Positions 1 through 9,554 of a DNA stretch of 64,000 bases are shown in pieces. Position numbers and translations under genes: made by a program. Numbering within the stretch: the stretch's first letter is position 1; every line of letters starts with the position of its first letter. The notes below the pieces were generated by a model. The model was not told the DNA's origin. It saw only the letters and a program-made list of their open reading frames with translations, and made no database searches. Source of the DNA: an uncultured Candidatus Saccharibacteria bacterium. Lineage in GTDB: Bacteria; Patescibacteriota; Saccharimonadia; Saccharimonadales; Saccharimonadaceae. The stretch covers positions 13,951 through 77,950 of the forward strand of contig CAZODR010000003.1 in the NCBI GenBank assembly GCA_964578645.1. Reading direction: 5' to 3'.

Positions 1-1
1 G

Positions 2-940
2 CAGGGCCTCGTGCCCAGCAACAAAACCCAAGGCTACGCCCTGCGCCGTCTTGTGCGCCGCGCCGTTTTGCGCGCCCTTGATCTCGGAATCGGCCAAGAA
101 TTCCTCGCCGAGGTTATCCCGGTAATTGCCGAGAATTATTCCGAATTATCCGACGATATTTTGCCCGGTCGCGATCATGTTCTCGCGGTCTTGACCAAAG
201 AAGAAAACGCCTTCCGCAAGACTATCAATAAAGGCGTCAAAGAATTACAAAAAATGGCCAAAGCCGACACTACGATCGACGGCCAGGAGTTGTTCAAATT
301 GCAAGACACTTATGGTTTCCCGCTGGAACTTTCCGTAGAAGAAGTTTATAAAATGGGCTTGAAGCTGTCCGATGGTTATCAAGACGAGTTCGAGGCCGCT
401 CTCGCCGAGCAGCGCGAACGCAGCAAAACTGCCTCGAAGGGCATGTTCAAGGGCGGCTTGAGCGATACTAGCGACCAGACTGTGAAGTACCATACCGCCT
501 GTCATCTCCTCCTCGCCGCCCTCCAGCAGGAAATTGGTCCCAAGATTGCGCAAAAGGGTAGCAATTTAACTCCGGAGCGCCTGCGTTTTGATTTTAGCAT
601 CGATCATAAGCTCAGCCCCGAGGAACTGGAAAAAGTTGAAAAACGTGTTAATGCTTGGATTACGGCCGATCTGCCGGTCGTACATGCCGAATATGATAAA
701 GATTATGCTTTTGATGAGCTGCATGCTCATGGCAGTTTCCGCGACCGCTATCCCGATCGTGTGACGGTTTATGCGATTGGCGAAGGTCTAGAAACTCCTG
801 CCGACGGAAAGCCCAAAGTTTCGATCGAAATCTGTGGCGGTCCCCACGTCGCGCATACTGGTCTGCTCGGAAAATTCAAGATTAAAAAAGAAGAATCGTC
901 TTCCTCCGGGGTGCGCCGGATTAAAGCCGTACTCGAATAG
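2..940 (+). CDS. alaS: Alanyl-tRNA synthetase, C-terminal portion (5' end upstream of window); stops shortly after the editing domain
   Basis: Frame open to window edge. AlaRS editing-domain motifs HTACHLL and CGGPHV are present, with a GVRRIKAV tail. Confidence 0.9.
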   Translation, partial: QGLVPSNKTQGYALRRLVRRAVLRALDLGIGQEFLAEVIPVIAENYSELSDDILPGRDHVLAVLTKEENAFRKTINKGVKELQKMAKADTTIDGQELFKLQDTYGFPLELSVEEVYKMGLKLSDGYQDEFEAALAEQRERSKTASKGMFKGGLSDTSDQTVKYHTACHLLLAALQQEIGPKIAQKGSNLTPERLRFDFSIDHKLSPEELEKVEKRVNAWITADLPVVHAEYDKDYAFDELHAHGSFRDRYPDRVTVYAIGEGLETPADGKPKVSIEICGGPHVAHTGLLGKFKIKKEESSSSGVRRIKAVLE

Positions 941-1096
941 CAGCTGCCAACAGAGATTGCTAAAAATTTCTGGCGGCATTGACAGGGAATTTGCGAAATT
1001 TTCCGAAATTTGCCCCAAAATACTTTTTATGCTAAACTAAAATTATAAAAGGTCGTGTATAAGAAATAGTCATTTTGTAATTAACTCCAACCTTCC

Positions 1097-1125
1097 ATTA
1101 TAGCACAGATAAGACAAAAAGTCAA
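1097..1125 (-). promoter_or_regulatory. Consensus promoter on minus strand, pointing antisense into the alaS 3' end
   Basis: The reverse complement reads CTATTGACT-17 nt-TATAATGGAAGG with a TGTG extended -10. No minus-strand ORF follows. Confidence 0.5.
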
Positions 1126-1131
1126 TAGAAA

Positions 1132-2394
1132 ATGAAAAAAATCTCCAAAAAATCCACTGCTCGTCGCCTCGAACGCCGAATTCTCACTATGCTGGCCTTT
1201 TTCAGCATTTCCATCGGTCTCTGGGAAAACTTTCGCCAACTCTGGCTCCAAGATAACGGGTTTTCCGCGAGCGACGTCAGCATGATTACGAGTCTTGGGA
1301 CCTTTATCAGCGTCGCTGGCGTGATTTTGGTAGGGGTTTTTGTCAAACCTCGCTATCTCAAAACTTTCATGACCGGAGTCCTAATTGCCAAAGCCGCGGC
1401 ATTGCTCGCGCTGTTCATGCTTAACCATAGTGGCGAGACGCTTTTGATTAATTTTTGCATCATTCTCGACGTCCTGACGACTTATCTCATCGTGGTCAGC
1501 GTCTATCCTTTGATTACGGTTGCGATTAAAAGTAACCAGGTTTATAGTCGGCGCAAGCTCGTCGAATACCTTTTTCGCGATCTTGGCGTCCTGGTTGGCG
1601 GCGCGCTGATCGGCCAATTTTTCTTCAGCCACTTGATTAACTACAACGCCTGTTTATTGGTTTCGGTGATTTTGTTGCTGCCGGCCATTTTTATCATGTC
1701 GCGCTTACGCCTGAAACTGACCGAAAAAGCTCCAGCGCGCCGCCACTCGATCGTCAAGTATGTCCTAAGCAGCCATCTCCAAGTTGTCTATATGGTTTAT
1801 GCTTTTTTGGCGGCGACTTCGTTTGCGGTTGCGCTTGGTTTGAAAATGCTAGTGCTAACAAATTACTTGACTTTTACCGTCGGTACTGCGACAAATTATC
1901 TCCTAATCGTCGGGCTACTCTCGGACATTATCGGCGTTGTCGCTCTGAAACATTTCACTCCCAAAAACGACTATATTACCATGACGATCAAATTCGGTAT
2001 TCGCATTGTCGCCTATATCATCGCCGTCCTCGCGAACGATCCGTTCACGTCGCTCCTCGCGATTACCTGGTCAATTTTAATCTCCACCGCTTACGAAGAT
2101 GTCAGCGACGGCTACTATATTAACCTCGTCGACAATCGCCACCAATTTAGCTATAGCACTTTGAAATATGTTATGACCGTTGGCGGGGAAGCAGTCGGTA
2201 TGTTGCTCTGCGGCTTGACCTACGAAGTCGGCATCCCTTGTATGCTCGGCACTTCCGCGGCCATCACCGTCGTCCAGCTCGGCGTCGCCTATCATCTCAT
2301 TTATCTTCGCCATCACCGTCGCCGCCTGCGCCACTCAGCTTCGCGCTCGCGCTATGACCAGTCCCTCGCCGAAGCCCAAAACTATTCCGAATAA
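1132..2394 (+). CDS. MFS-type multi-pass membrane transporter (tentative family)
   Basis: 420-aa ORF with about 12 hydrophobic segments and a basic C-terminal tail. Confidence 0.7.
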   Translation: MKKISKKSTARRLERRILTMLAFFSISIGLWENFRQLWLQDNGFSASDVSMITSLGTFISVAGVILVGVFVKPRYLKTFMTGVLIAKAAALLALFMLNHSGETLLINFCIILDVLTTYLIVVSVYPLITVAIKSNQVYSRRKLVEYLFRDLGVLVGGALIGQFFFSHLINYNACLLVSVILLLPAIFIMSRLRLKLTEKAPARRHSIVKYVLSSHLQVVYMVYAFLAATSFAVALGLKMLVLTNYLTFTVGTATNYLLIVGLLSDIIGVVALKHFTPKNDYITMTIKFGIRIVAYIIAVLANDPFTSLLAITWSILISTAYEDVSDGYYINLVDNRHQFSYSTLKYVMTVGGEAVGMLLCGLTYEVGIPCMLGTSAAITVVQLGVAYHLIYLRHHRRRLRHSASRSRYDQSLAEAQNYSE

Positions 2395-2422
2395 CTCCCC
2401 AATCCGTGCTATAATAGCTCAT

Positions 2423-4642
2423 ATGAATGCAATTCTCGGAGGTCTGAATCCCGCGCAAAGGGAAGCTGTCGAAACTTTGTCAGGGCCGCTTTTGGTACTC
2501 GCTGGGGCTGGGTCCGGCAAGACCAAGGTCCTGACCCACCGCATTGCGAACTTAATCGCTCATGGCGTTCGCCCGCATGAAATTCTCGCCGTGACTTTTA
2601 CTAATAAAGCCGCGAAAGAAATGCGCAATCGCCTCTGGAATTTGCTTGAGCGCCAGCGCGAAGATGCTATTGGCCGCGCTGACTTAGTTAGAGATAATGC
2701 TTTGCTCGAGCCTGCGCTTTTAGGCGACGAGCCCGGATCATTTTCTTCCGGAAAAGGTCCGAGCCGCTCATTCATGCCCTACATGGGGACTTTTCATGGC
2801 ATTTGTGTGCGTATTCTGCGCATCGAACATCTCGCGGTCGGCATTTCCTCAAATTTCACGATTTACGATTCCGACGACCAGCTGACCCTGATTCGTCGTA
2901 TTATGCGCGAAATGAAATTGACTGGCGAAAAAAGCTTGACTCCAAAGTCCGTCCATAGCCAAATTTCCAACTGGCAAACTCTCGGGACGACCCCCGAAGA
3001 AGCTAGCCGCGAAGCGATTTACCCCCACCAAAAGCACGCCGCCGCAGTTTTTGCCGCCTATCAGCGCGAAAAGACTGCTGCTTCTGCGCTCGATTTTGAC
3101 GATCTTTTGCTGAAGACTGCGAAATTGTTCCAAGAAAATTCCGCCGTGCGCGCGAAATGGCAACAACGCTTCCGTCATATTCTGATCGACGAGTATCAGG
3201 ATACAAACAGCGTCCAATATCGCCTGATTAAATATCTTGTCAATTCCGATCGTAATATTTGCGTCGTCGGTGACGACTGGCAATCGATTTATTCCTGGCG
3301 CGGCGCTGATTTTACGAATATTTTGAACTTTGAGCGCGATTTTCCGGGAGCAAAGGTCATTAAACTCGAGCAGAATTATCGCAGCACGGGAAACATTCTT
3401 GCCGCCTCGCAACAAATCATCAACCAAAACAAAACTCGCACCGAAAAAACGCTCTTTACCGAGCTCGGCAAGGGTGAGCCGATTACGATCGAAGGTGCAA
3501 TTGACGAAAATGACGAGGCCGCCTATGTCGCGAAGCAGATTTTGCGCCTGAAACCGAAGCATGATTTTAGCGATTTTGCCGTGCTTTATCGCACGAATGC
3601 GCAGTCTTATGCTTTTGAAAAAGCCTTCATGGCCGCGCGTATTCCGTATAAGATTATCGGCGGTGTAAGATTCTATGATCGCAAGGAAGTCAAGGATGTC
3701 ATCGCTCTGCTGAAGTTACTCGTAAATCCACGCGATCGCGTTAGCCTTGAGCGCGTAGTGAAAAATGTCTTGAGCGGTGTCGGCCAGACTTCGCTGGAAA
3801 AGATTTTTTCCTATCTTGAGGCTCATCCTGAGGACGATCTCATGGCTGCGACCTCAGTCTTGACCGCTCGGGCGAAGCTCAATGTGTCGCGCCTCGCGAA
3901 TTTTATTACTGAATATCGTGAAAATTCGGACGCTTCAGGCGATTTGGGCAGTGTTCTGCCCGAAGATGTTGCAGAAATTTTGGCGGGCGCGACGGTGCTG
4001 GCGCCGCCGGCGGAGGTCGTGGAACGTACGGTGCGTTATTTCGGCTTCGCCGATTTGCTTCATGCTGAGACGCCGGACGGCGCCGAACGTATGAAAAACC
4101 TCGAAGTTCTCGCGAGCAACGCTAGTACTTACGACACTTTGGACGAATTCCTCGCCGACGCCGCCCTGCTAAGCTCGGCCGACGAATCTAGCGCGAAAAA
4201 TTCCGTCTCCCTAATGACGCTCCATGCCGCGAAAGGCCTAGAATTCCCGATTGTGTTTATCGTCGGCCTCGAAGAGGGCCTCTTCCCCAGCAGCCGCTCC
4301 GATGGCTCCGAAGAAGCTCTCGAGGAAGAGCGTCGGCTGGCCTACGTCGGCATGACCCGAGCCATGCGCGAGCTTTTCCTGACCTTCGCCGGCTCCCGCT
4401 ATGCTTTCGGCGGCCGGACGTATAACGAACCTTCCCAGTTCCTGCTCGAACTCGGCTATAATCCTTATGGCGTTGGGAATTTTGGCGAATCTGGCGGTTT
4501 TGACGTCGATATGAATGGCTTCGCTAGCGGTGGGAACGTCGGCAGCCTCGGGTTGCTGGGCGGCGATCCCGACGGGGAATTTAGTGATCTCGGTTCCGAT
4601 TACGATCCTTTTCCGGATGATGTGCCAGTTTTCGAAGGTTAG
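2423..4642 (+). CDS. uvrD: UvrD/PcrA-family ATP-dependent DNA helicase
   Basis: Motifs AGAGSGKT, DEYQDTN, VGDDWQSIYSWRGA, LEQNYRS, LHAAKGLEFP and RRLAYVGMTRA. Start moved to ATG 2423, 7 nt after TATAAT 2410..2415. Confidence 0.92.
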   Translation: MNAILGGLNPAQREAVETLSGPLLVLAGAGSGKTKVLTHRIANLIAHGVRPHEILAVTFTNKAAKEMRNRLWNLLERQREDAIGRADLVRDNALLEPALLGDEPGSFSSGKGPSRSFMPYMGTFHGICVRILRIEHLAVGISSNFTIYDSDDQLTLIRRIMREMKLTGEKSLTPKSVHSQISNWQTLGTTPEEASREAIYPHQKHAAAVFAAYQREKTAASALDFDDLLLKTAKLFQENSAVRAKWQQRFRHILIDEYQDTNSVQYRLIKYLVNSDRNICVVGDDWQSIYSWRGADFTNILNFERDFPGAKVIKLEQNYRSTGNILAASQQIINQNKTRTEKTLFTELGKGEPITIEGAIDENDEAAYVAKQILRLKPKHDFSDFAVLYRTNAQSYAFEKAFMAARIPYKIIGGVRFYDRKEVKDVIALLKLLVNPRDRVSLERVVKNVLSGVGQTSLEKIFSYLEAHPEDDLMAATSVLTARAKLNVSRLANFITEYRENSDASGDLGSVLPEDVAEILAGATVLAPPAEVVERTVRYFGFADLLHAETPDGAERMKNLEVLASNASTYDTLDEFLADAALLSSADESSAKNSVSLMTLHAAKGLEFPIVFIVGLEEGLFPSSRSDGSEEALEEERRLAYVGMTRAMRELFLTFAGSRYAFGGRTYNEPSQFLLELGYNPYGVGNFGESGGFDVDMNGFASGGNVGSLGLLGGDPDGEFSDLGSDYDPFPDDVPVFEG

Positions 4643-4783
4643 CTAGGCCTGCGCAGCGTCAGGAGTTCGGGATGCTGTGGAAATTGCCTTAAACGTCAAA
4701 ATCCTCCGATTTCTTCGAAATTTTATAAAAATTGCCCAAAAAAGCTTGACTTTTTGAAAAATGTGTGATACAATGGTATTGCA

Positions 4784-5812
4784 ATGATGAAATTGCATAC
4801 AAAATTCAAGAATTTTTGCTGTGCGCTCTTGATAGCTGCCATAGGGTTGTTTTTGGCTGCTCATTATAATACGCGCAGCGATTTTGCCTTCGCTGAGGAC
4901 GAAGTTCTCGAGACGGCTCCGCATTTTGTGACTATTCATGACGGCGGCTCCTATCTCACCGTGAAAACTTCCGCCTCGACCGTGAAGGACGTCCTCGAGC
5001 GCGCCAAAATCGAGCTTAACGACGTTGATATTGTTGAGCCAGCCCTCGATACGAAGATGGAGGCTGATAATTACAACATCAACATCTATCGTACCCGTCC
5101 TGCCCTCGTGATTGATGGTGCGAACCGCCATTATATCATGACCGCGAGCTACGATCCGAAGCAAGTCGTCCGCGAGGCCGGGCTGACGGTCTATGATGGT
5201 GACGAAGTCGAGATTAATGTTAATGATAATTTTCTTGAAGCTGGTGCAGTTTCGACTTATAAGATTGAGCGCAATGGTGGCCGCACGGTGACCGAGGAGG
5301 AAAGCATTGGCTATCCGACCGAGACTCGCTATGATTTTAATCTGCCGAAGGGCGAGCGCAATCTCGAGCAGGCTGGTGAAGACGGTCGCAAGACCAAGGT
5401 CTACGAGGTGCAGTTCGAGAATAATATTGAGGTTTCGCGTACTTTGGTTTCCGAAGAAGTGACTCGTGAGCCGATCCCGGAGATTGTCGTCGTCGGAGCG
5501 AAAGCGTCGATTCCTCCAGAACGCCAACAATGTGCGAGCTGGATGCGTGAAGCGGGAATTCCTGAGGATCATCTCGAGGCCGCCCTCTATATCGTTTATC
5601 ATGAATCTGGTTGTCGAGTCGACGCGAGTAATACCGCGTCTGGCGCTTATGGTATTCCGCAGGCTCTTCCTGGCTCGAAGATGGCTAGTGCTGGCGCCGA
5701 CTGGGAGACAAATCCTGTGACGCAGTTGCGTTGGATGGACTCATATGTGCGCGGTCGCTACGGCGGCTGGCCCGAGGCTGTGAATTTTAAACAGTCCCAC
5801 GGCTGGTATTAG
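4784..5812 (+). CDS. Secreted DUF348/G5-domain protein with C-terminal transglycosylase-like (Rpf/YabE-type) domain
   Basis: N-terminal signal/TM segment and two DUF348-like repeats. G5-like segment (EQAGEDGRKTKVYEV) and C-terminal YHESGCRVDASN..GAYGIPQA. Confidence 0.75.
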   Translation: MMKLHTKFKNFCCALLIAAIGLFLAAHYNTRSDFAFAEDEVLETAPHFVTIHDGGSYLTVKTSASTVKDVLERAKIELNDVDIVEPALDTKMEADNYNINIYRTRPALVIDGANRHYIMTASYDPKQVVREAGLTVYDGDEVEINVNDNFLEAGAVSTYKIERNGGRTVTEEESIGYPTETRYDFNLPKGERNLEQAGEDGRKTKVYEVQFENNIEVSRTLVSEEVTREPIPEIVVVGAKASIPPERQQCASWMREAGIPEDHLEAALYIVYHESGCRVDASNTASGAYGIPQALPGSKMASAGADWETNPVTQLRWMDSYVRGRYGGWPEAVNFKQSHGWY

Positions 5813-6595
5813 ATGAAAAACAACAAATCTCTCGGTCAGCACTGGCTCAAAAATCGCACGATTTTGAATGAAATTGCCGATCTTGCTTGCGCGGAAATTA
5901 ATCCTGATGCGACTTGTGTCGAAATTGGTCCTGGACTCGGGACTCTGACTTCGAGTCTTCTAAAACGTTTTGCGCGCGTGATCGCGGTCGAATATGATGC
6001 TCGCCTGGCCGCGAATCTTCCGAAATCCTTTCCTAATACTGCGCTCGAGGTCGTTATCGACGATATTCTTCAGACCGATGTCGTCGCCCTGGCGGGGAAT
6101 CAGCCCTATGTTGTCGTCGGAAATATACCTTATTACATTACTTCGCCAATTTTAGAGCATCTCTTATCAGCGACAAGGCCAGCGCTGCGCATTGTGTTGC
6201 TTATCCAAAAAGAAGTTGCCCAGCGCGTCGCGGCTGAAGCGGGGAAACATTCTTTGCTCTCGCTGCGCGTCCAGAATCGCGCGGCAGTTGAGCTCGGGCC
6301 GGTCGTTCCAGCGGCGGAATTCACGCCGCCGCCCAAGGTCGCTAGCCAAGTCATAATTCTCGAGCCTTTCGGCGAGAGCGAGGTCTCCGAAGCCGCCCTG
6401 AAACTCGCCGCGCGAGGTTTTAGTAATCCGCGCAAGAAGTTGACTCATAATCTCGCTGGATGGCAGCTTTCTAAGGCGGAATGGGGTCGCGCTTTGACCG
6501 AGATTGGGCTTGATGAAAACGTACGCGCCCAAGATCTTGAGCTGGTTGATTGGGCCGACCTCATGAAACAGGAAAAAGTGCTTGCAAAATCTTAG
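5813..6595 (+). CDS. rsmA: 16S rRNA adenine dimethyltransferase
   Basis: SLGQHWL start motif, GPGLGTLT SAM-binding motif and GNIPYYITSPI. Confidence 0.9.
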   Translation: MKNNKSLGQHWLKNRTILNEIADLACAEINPDATCVEIGPGLGTLTSSLLKRFARVIAVEYDARLAANLPKSFPNTALEVVIDDILQTDVVALAGNQPYVVVGNIPYYITSPILEHLLSATRPALRIVLLIQKEVAQRVAAEAGKHSLLSLRVQNRAAVELGPVVPAAEFTPPPKVASQVIILEPFGESEVSEAALKLAARGFSNPRKKLTHNLAGWQLSKAEWGRALTEIGLDENVRAQDLELVDWADLMKQEKVLAKS

Positions 6596-6662
6596 CATAA
6601 GCGTTATTATAGATATAACATTGACATTAAAATAAATAAAACAGGCAGAAAAGGGAGGCAAA

Positions 6663-8000
6663 ATGAACCCTGAAGACAATAATCCATTATCAACTAGCGG
6701 CGCATCCGGTGGAGCGACGATGCCCGATCCGATTCAGGGTCTAGGCGGAACATCGACTGGCAGCGCGAGTTCCAGCGCATCCGAAACTGGTTCCGCAATC
6801 TCTGGCGCGGCAGGGACTAGCGATTCGAGCTCTAGCTCGTCCGCTCCCCAAAATCCGTTTGCCTCGATTATGGAAGAGCCACTCGTCCCTGCCGCGCCAG
6901 TCCCGGGTTCTATTGGTAGTGTCACATCTGTCCCCCCGGCTCCGTCGGCCGATCCTGTGGGGTCGGCGTTCGGCGCGACCAGCAGCTCAGCTAGCTCTTC
7001 GACAATGTCGCCCTTCGCTTCAACGTCTAGTATGACGACGCCGACCCCAGCCGAGCCAACGGTTAGTAACCCGCTTCCGGCTCCCGATTCGACAAAGACG
7101 GCTGGAAGTGCACCGTATAATCCTTTCGCTCCGAGCAGCTCGTCTAGCACGCCTGCTTCCGGCTCTTCGTCTGGTGCTTCGAGCATGACGAGCAACTCAG
7201 CTTCTGGCTTCGGATCAACTCCAAGCACCACGTCTTCATCGTTGTCTGGCTTTGGCGCTATGCCTTCAAGCAGCACCTCCGCTAGCCCGATGTCCTCTAG
7301 CTCAATGCCTTCTAGCTCGATGTCGTCCAACCCTTTGTCTGGAGCTTCGACTTCCATGAGCCCAACCAGCGCCGCTCCCAGCGCCCCGAGCATGGCTCCT
7401 CCAGTCCAGCCGACCAAGGCTCCGAAAGCCAAAAAGGCTCCAGCTGCCGGCAAGTCCAGCCATACCGCCCTGCTACTCGGAATCATCGCTCTGATTACGA
7501 CTATTGCTGCGATCGTTTTCGCCGTCCTCTATTTCAAAGAATTGAACAATATTAAACCTGTATATGTCCCGTCGGTTTCCGAGGACAAATCCGACCAGAC
7601 AATTTCCATGCTTTCTTGCACGCATCCGACCGATTATGCTTATCTCATTGGCTATGATCATCCCGTCGAAGGCACTAGCAGTGTGACCGTGACTTATTCC
7701 GGCGACAATCCCAGCTCAATCGCTTTCGATGCTTCTGCAACTTTCGACAGCGAAGGCGATGCTAATGTTGCGCGCGATAATTACGCCAACAGTTTTGCGA
7801 CCCGTGATATTCTAGTCGGTAATCATACAATCGACGGCAATACTATGCATATTAACTATGAACTCGCGGAAAGTAGCGATCTTTCTGCTGAAAATGCTCG
7901 TGCTTTTATTTATGGTGAAGGCGCGACTGATCAAGATCTTGCCCTCGCTGCGGTGCGCAGCCACTACGAAGCCGCCGGTTATAGCTGTACGGTCGAATAA
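6663..8000 (+). CDS. Ser/Thr/Pro-rich low-complexity protein with central TM helix and C-terminal globular domain
   Basis: SD GGGAGG lies upstream. About 260 aa of S/T/P/A-rich sequence precede the TM segment ALLLGIIALITTIAAIVFAVLYF and a 150-aa non-repetitive tail. Confidence 0.7.
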   Translation: MNPEDNNPLSTSGASGGATMPDPIQGLGGTSTGSASSSASETGSAISGAAGTSDSSSSSSAPQNPFASIMEEPLVPAAPVPGSIGSVTSVPPAPSADPVGSAFGATSSSASSSTMSPFASTSSMTTPTPAEPTVSNPLPAPDSTKTAGSAPYNPFAPSSSSSTPASGSSSGASSMTSNSASGFGSTPSTTSSSLSGFGAMPSSSTSASPMSSSSMPSSSMSSNPLSGASTSMSPTSAAPSAPSMAPPVQPTKAPKAKKAPAAGKSSHTALLLGIIALITTIAAIVFAVLYFKELNNIKPVYVPSVSEDKSDQTISMLSCTHPTDYAYLIGYDHPVEGTSSVTVTYSGDNPSSIAFDASATFDSEGDANVARDNYANSFATRDILVGNHTIDGNTMHINYELAESSDLSAENARAFIYGEGATDQDLALAAVRSHYEAAGYSCTVE

Positions 8001-8039
8001 GCTATATTATTCGCTCTAGGTGTGCTATAATAATATATT

Positions 8040-9461
8040 ATGTCAAAAGTTTATCTCTGCACCGCGATTCCTTATGTGAACGGCAATCCTCATATTGGTC
8101 ATGCTTTAGATTATCTTCTCGCCGACACTTATGCGCGTTTTCGCCGCGATCTCGGCGATGAAGTGCGACTCCAAGTCGGTACTGATGAGCATGGCAACAA
8201 AGTTTTTCGCAGCGCCGAGAAAAATCATCTATCCGTCGAAGATTACGCTACAAAAAATTCGGCGAAATTTCACGATTTTATCCAAAAATTAAACATCAGC
8301 TACACGGATTTTATCCGCACGACTGATGCTGACCATGTGCGCCGATGCCAAGCGATTTGGGAGAAGCTCGCTCCGCATATTTATTCCGCGGAGTATGATG
8401 GCTGGTACTGTGAAGGTTGCGAAAGTTTCGTGACCCAAAAAGAATATGACGAATGCGAGGGAATCTGTCCCGATCACCAAAAGCCTTATGAAAAATTAAG
8501 CGAGAAAAATTATTATCTCCGGATTTCCGACTTTAAGGACGAAATTCGCGACCAGATTGAGCGCGACAAACTCGAAATCCTTCCCGTATTTCGCAAGAAA
8601 GAAGTCCTGCGTCTGCTCGAAGATGCTCCGGACGTTTCGATTTCGCGTCCGCGTGGCCAGCTCAGCTGGGGCGTCCCCGTTCCTGGCGACGATAGCCAGG
8701 TCATGTATGTCTGGCTTGATGCCTTGAGCAACTATATCACTGTTTTGGGCTATCCCGATCACGATATTTCCGAGTTCTGGCCAGCCACGGCGCAATTTAT
8801 CGGCAAAGACATTCTGCGTTTCCACGCCATTATTTGGCCCGCAATTTTGCTCGGTCTCGGTCTGCCGCTCCCCCAGCGCCTCGTTACGCATGGTTACGTG
8901 CTTGCAGACGGGCAAAAGATGAGCAAAAGCATCGGTAATGTCGTCGATCCGATCTCGGTTATCGATCGTCATGGTCTCGAGGCTTTTCGTTATTTCTTTT
9001 TGCGCCATGTCGACACTTTCGCTGACTCCGATTTTACTTGGGAAAAGTTCGATCGTGCTTATAATAATGAGCTTGCGAACGACCTCGGCAATCTCGTCCA
9101 GCGTTTGGCTGCGATGTGCAAGAAAAATCACATCGTCGGTCGAGAATCCGAGGGTGAGCTCAGCCCAGAGTATACCGAACTTATGGCAAATTTTCAATTC
9201 ACGAAAGCGTTTAATTACATCTGGAAAGACATCCAAAGCCTAAATAAGCGCATTGATGAAGAAAAGCCTTGGGAACTCGCCAAAGCTGGCGAAACCGCCA
9301 AGGTCGAACAAGTGCTTGGCTCGCTTGTTGATGGGTTGCTTGTTGTTGCGAAAATGCTACGGCCTCTGTTGCCGGATACCGCGAGCAAAATCACTGCAAT
9401 CTTTAGCGTCCAAGACATAATTAGCCCAGGCGAAGCGCCACTATTCCCTAAGGAACGCTAA
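8040..9461 (+). CDS. metG: Methionyl-tRNA synthetase
   Basis: Class I HIGH-type motif (NGNPHIGH) and KMSKS. TGTGCTATAAT lies 8 nt upstream of the ATG. Confidence 0.93.
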   Translation: MSKVYLCTAIPYVNGNPHIGHALDYLLADTYARFRRDLGDEVRLQVGTDEHGNKVFRSAEKNHLSVEDYATKNSAKFHDFIQKLNISYTDFIRTTDADHVRRCQAIWEKLAPHIYSAEYDGWYCEGCESFVTQKEYDECEGICPDHQKPYEKLSEKNYYLRISDFKDEIRDQIERDKLEILPVFRKKEVLRLLEDAPDVSISRPRGQLSWGVPVPGDDSQVMYVWLDALSNYITVLGYPDHDISEFWPATAQFIGKDILRFHAIIWPAILLGLGLPLPQRLVTHGYVLADGQKMSKSIGNVVDPISVIDRHGLEAFRYFFLRHVDTFADSDFTWEKFDRAYNNELANDLGNLVQRLAAMCKKNHIVGRESEGELSPEYTELMANFQFTKAFNYIWKDIQSLNKRIDEEKPWELAKAGETAKVEQVLGSLVDGLLVVAKMLRPLLPDTASKITAIFSVQDIISPGEAPLFPKER

Positions 9462-9554
9462 GTCGACCCGGTTAGCGAAGGCATGGGGCGCGGGCATTCT
9501 TCTGCGCGCCCCACCCCATAACTCGGCGCATTGCACCACGCAATCCTCAGTCCC

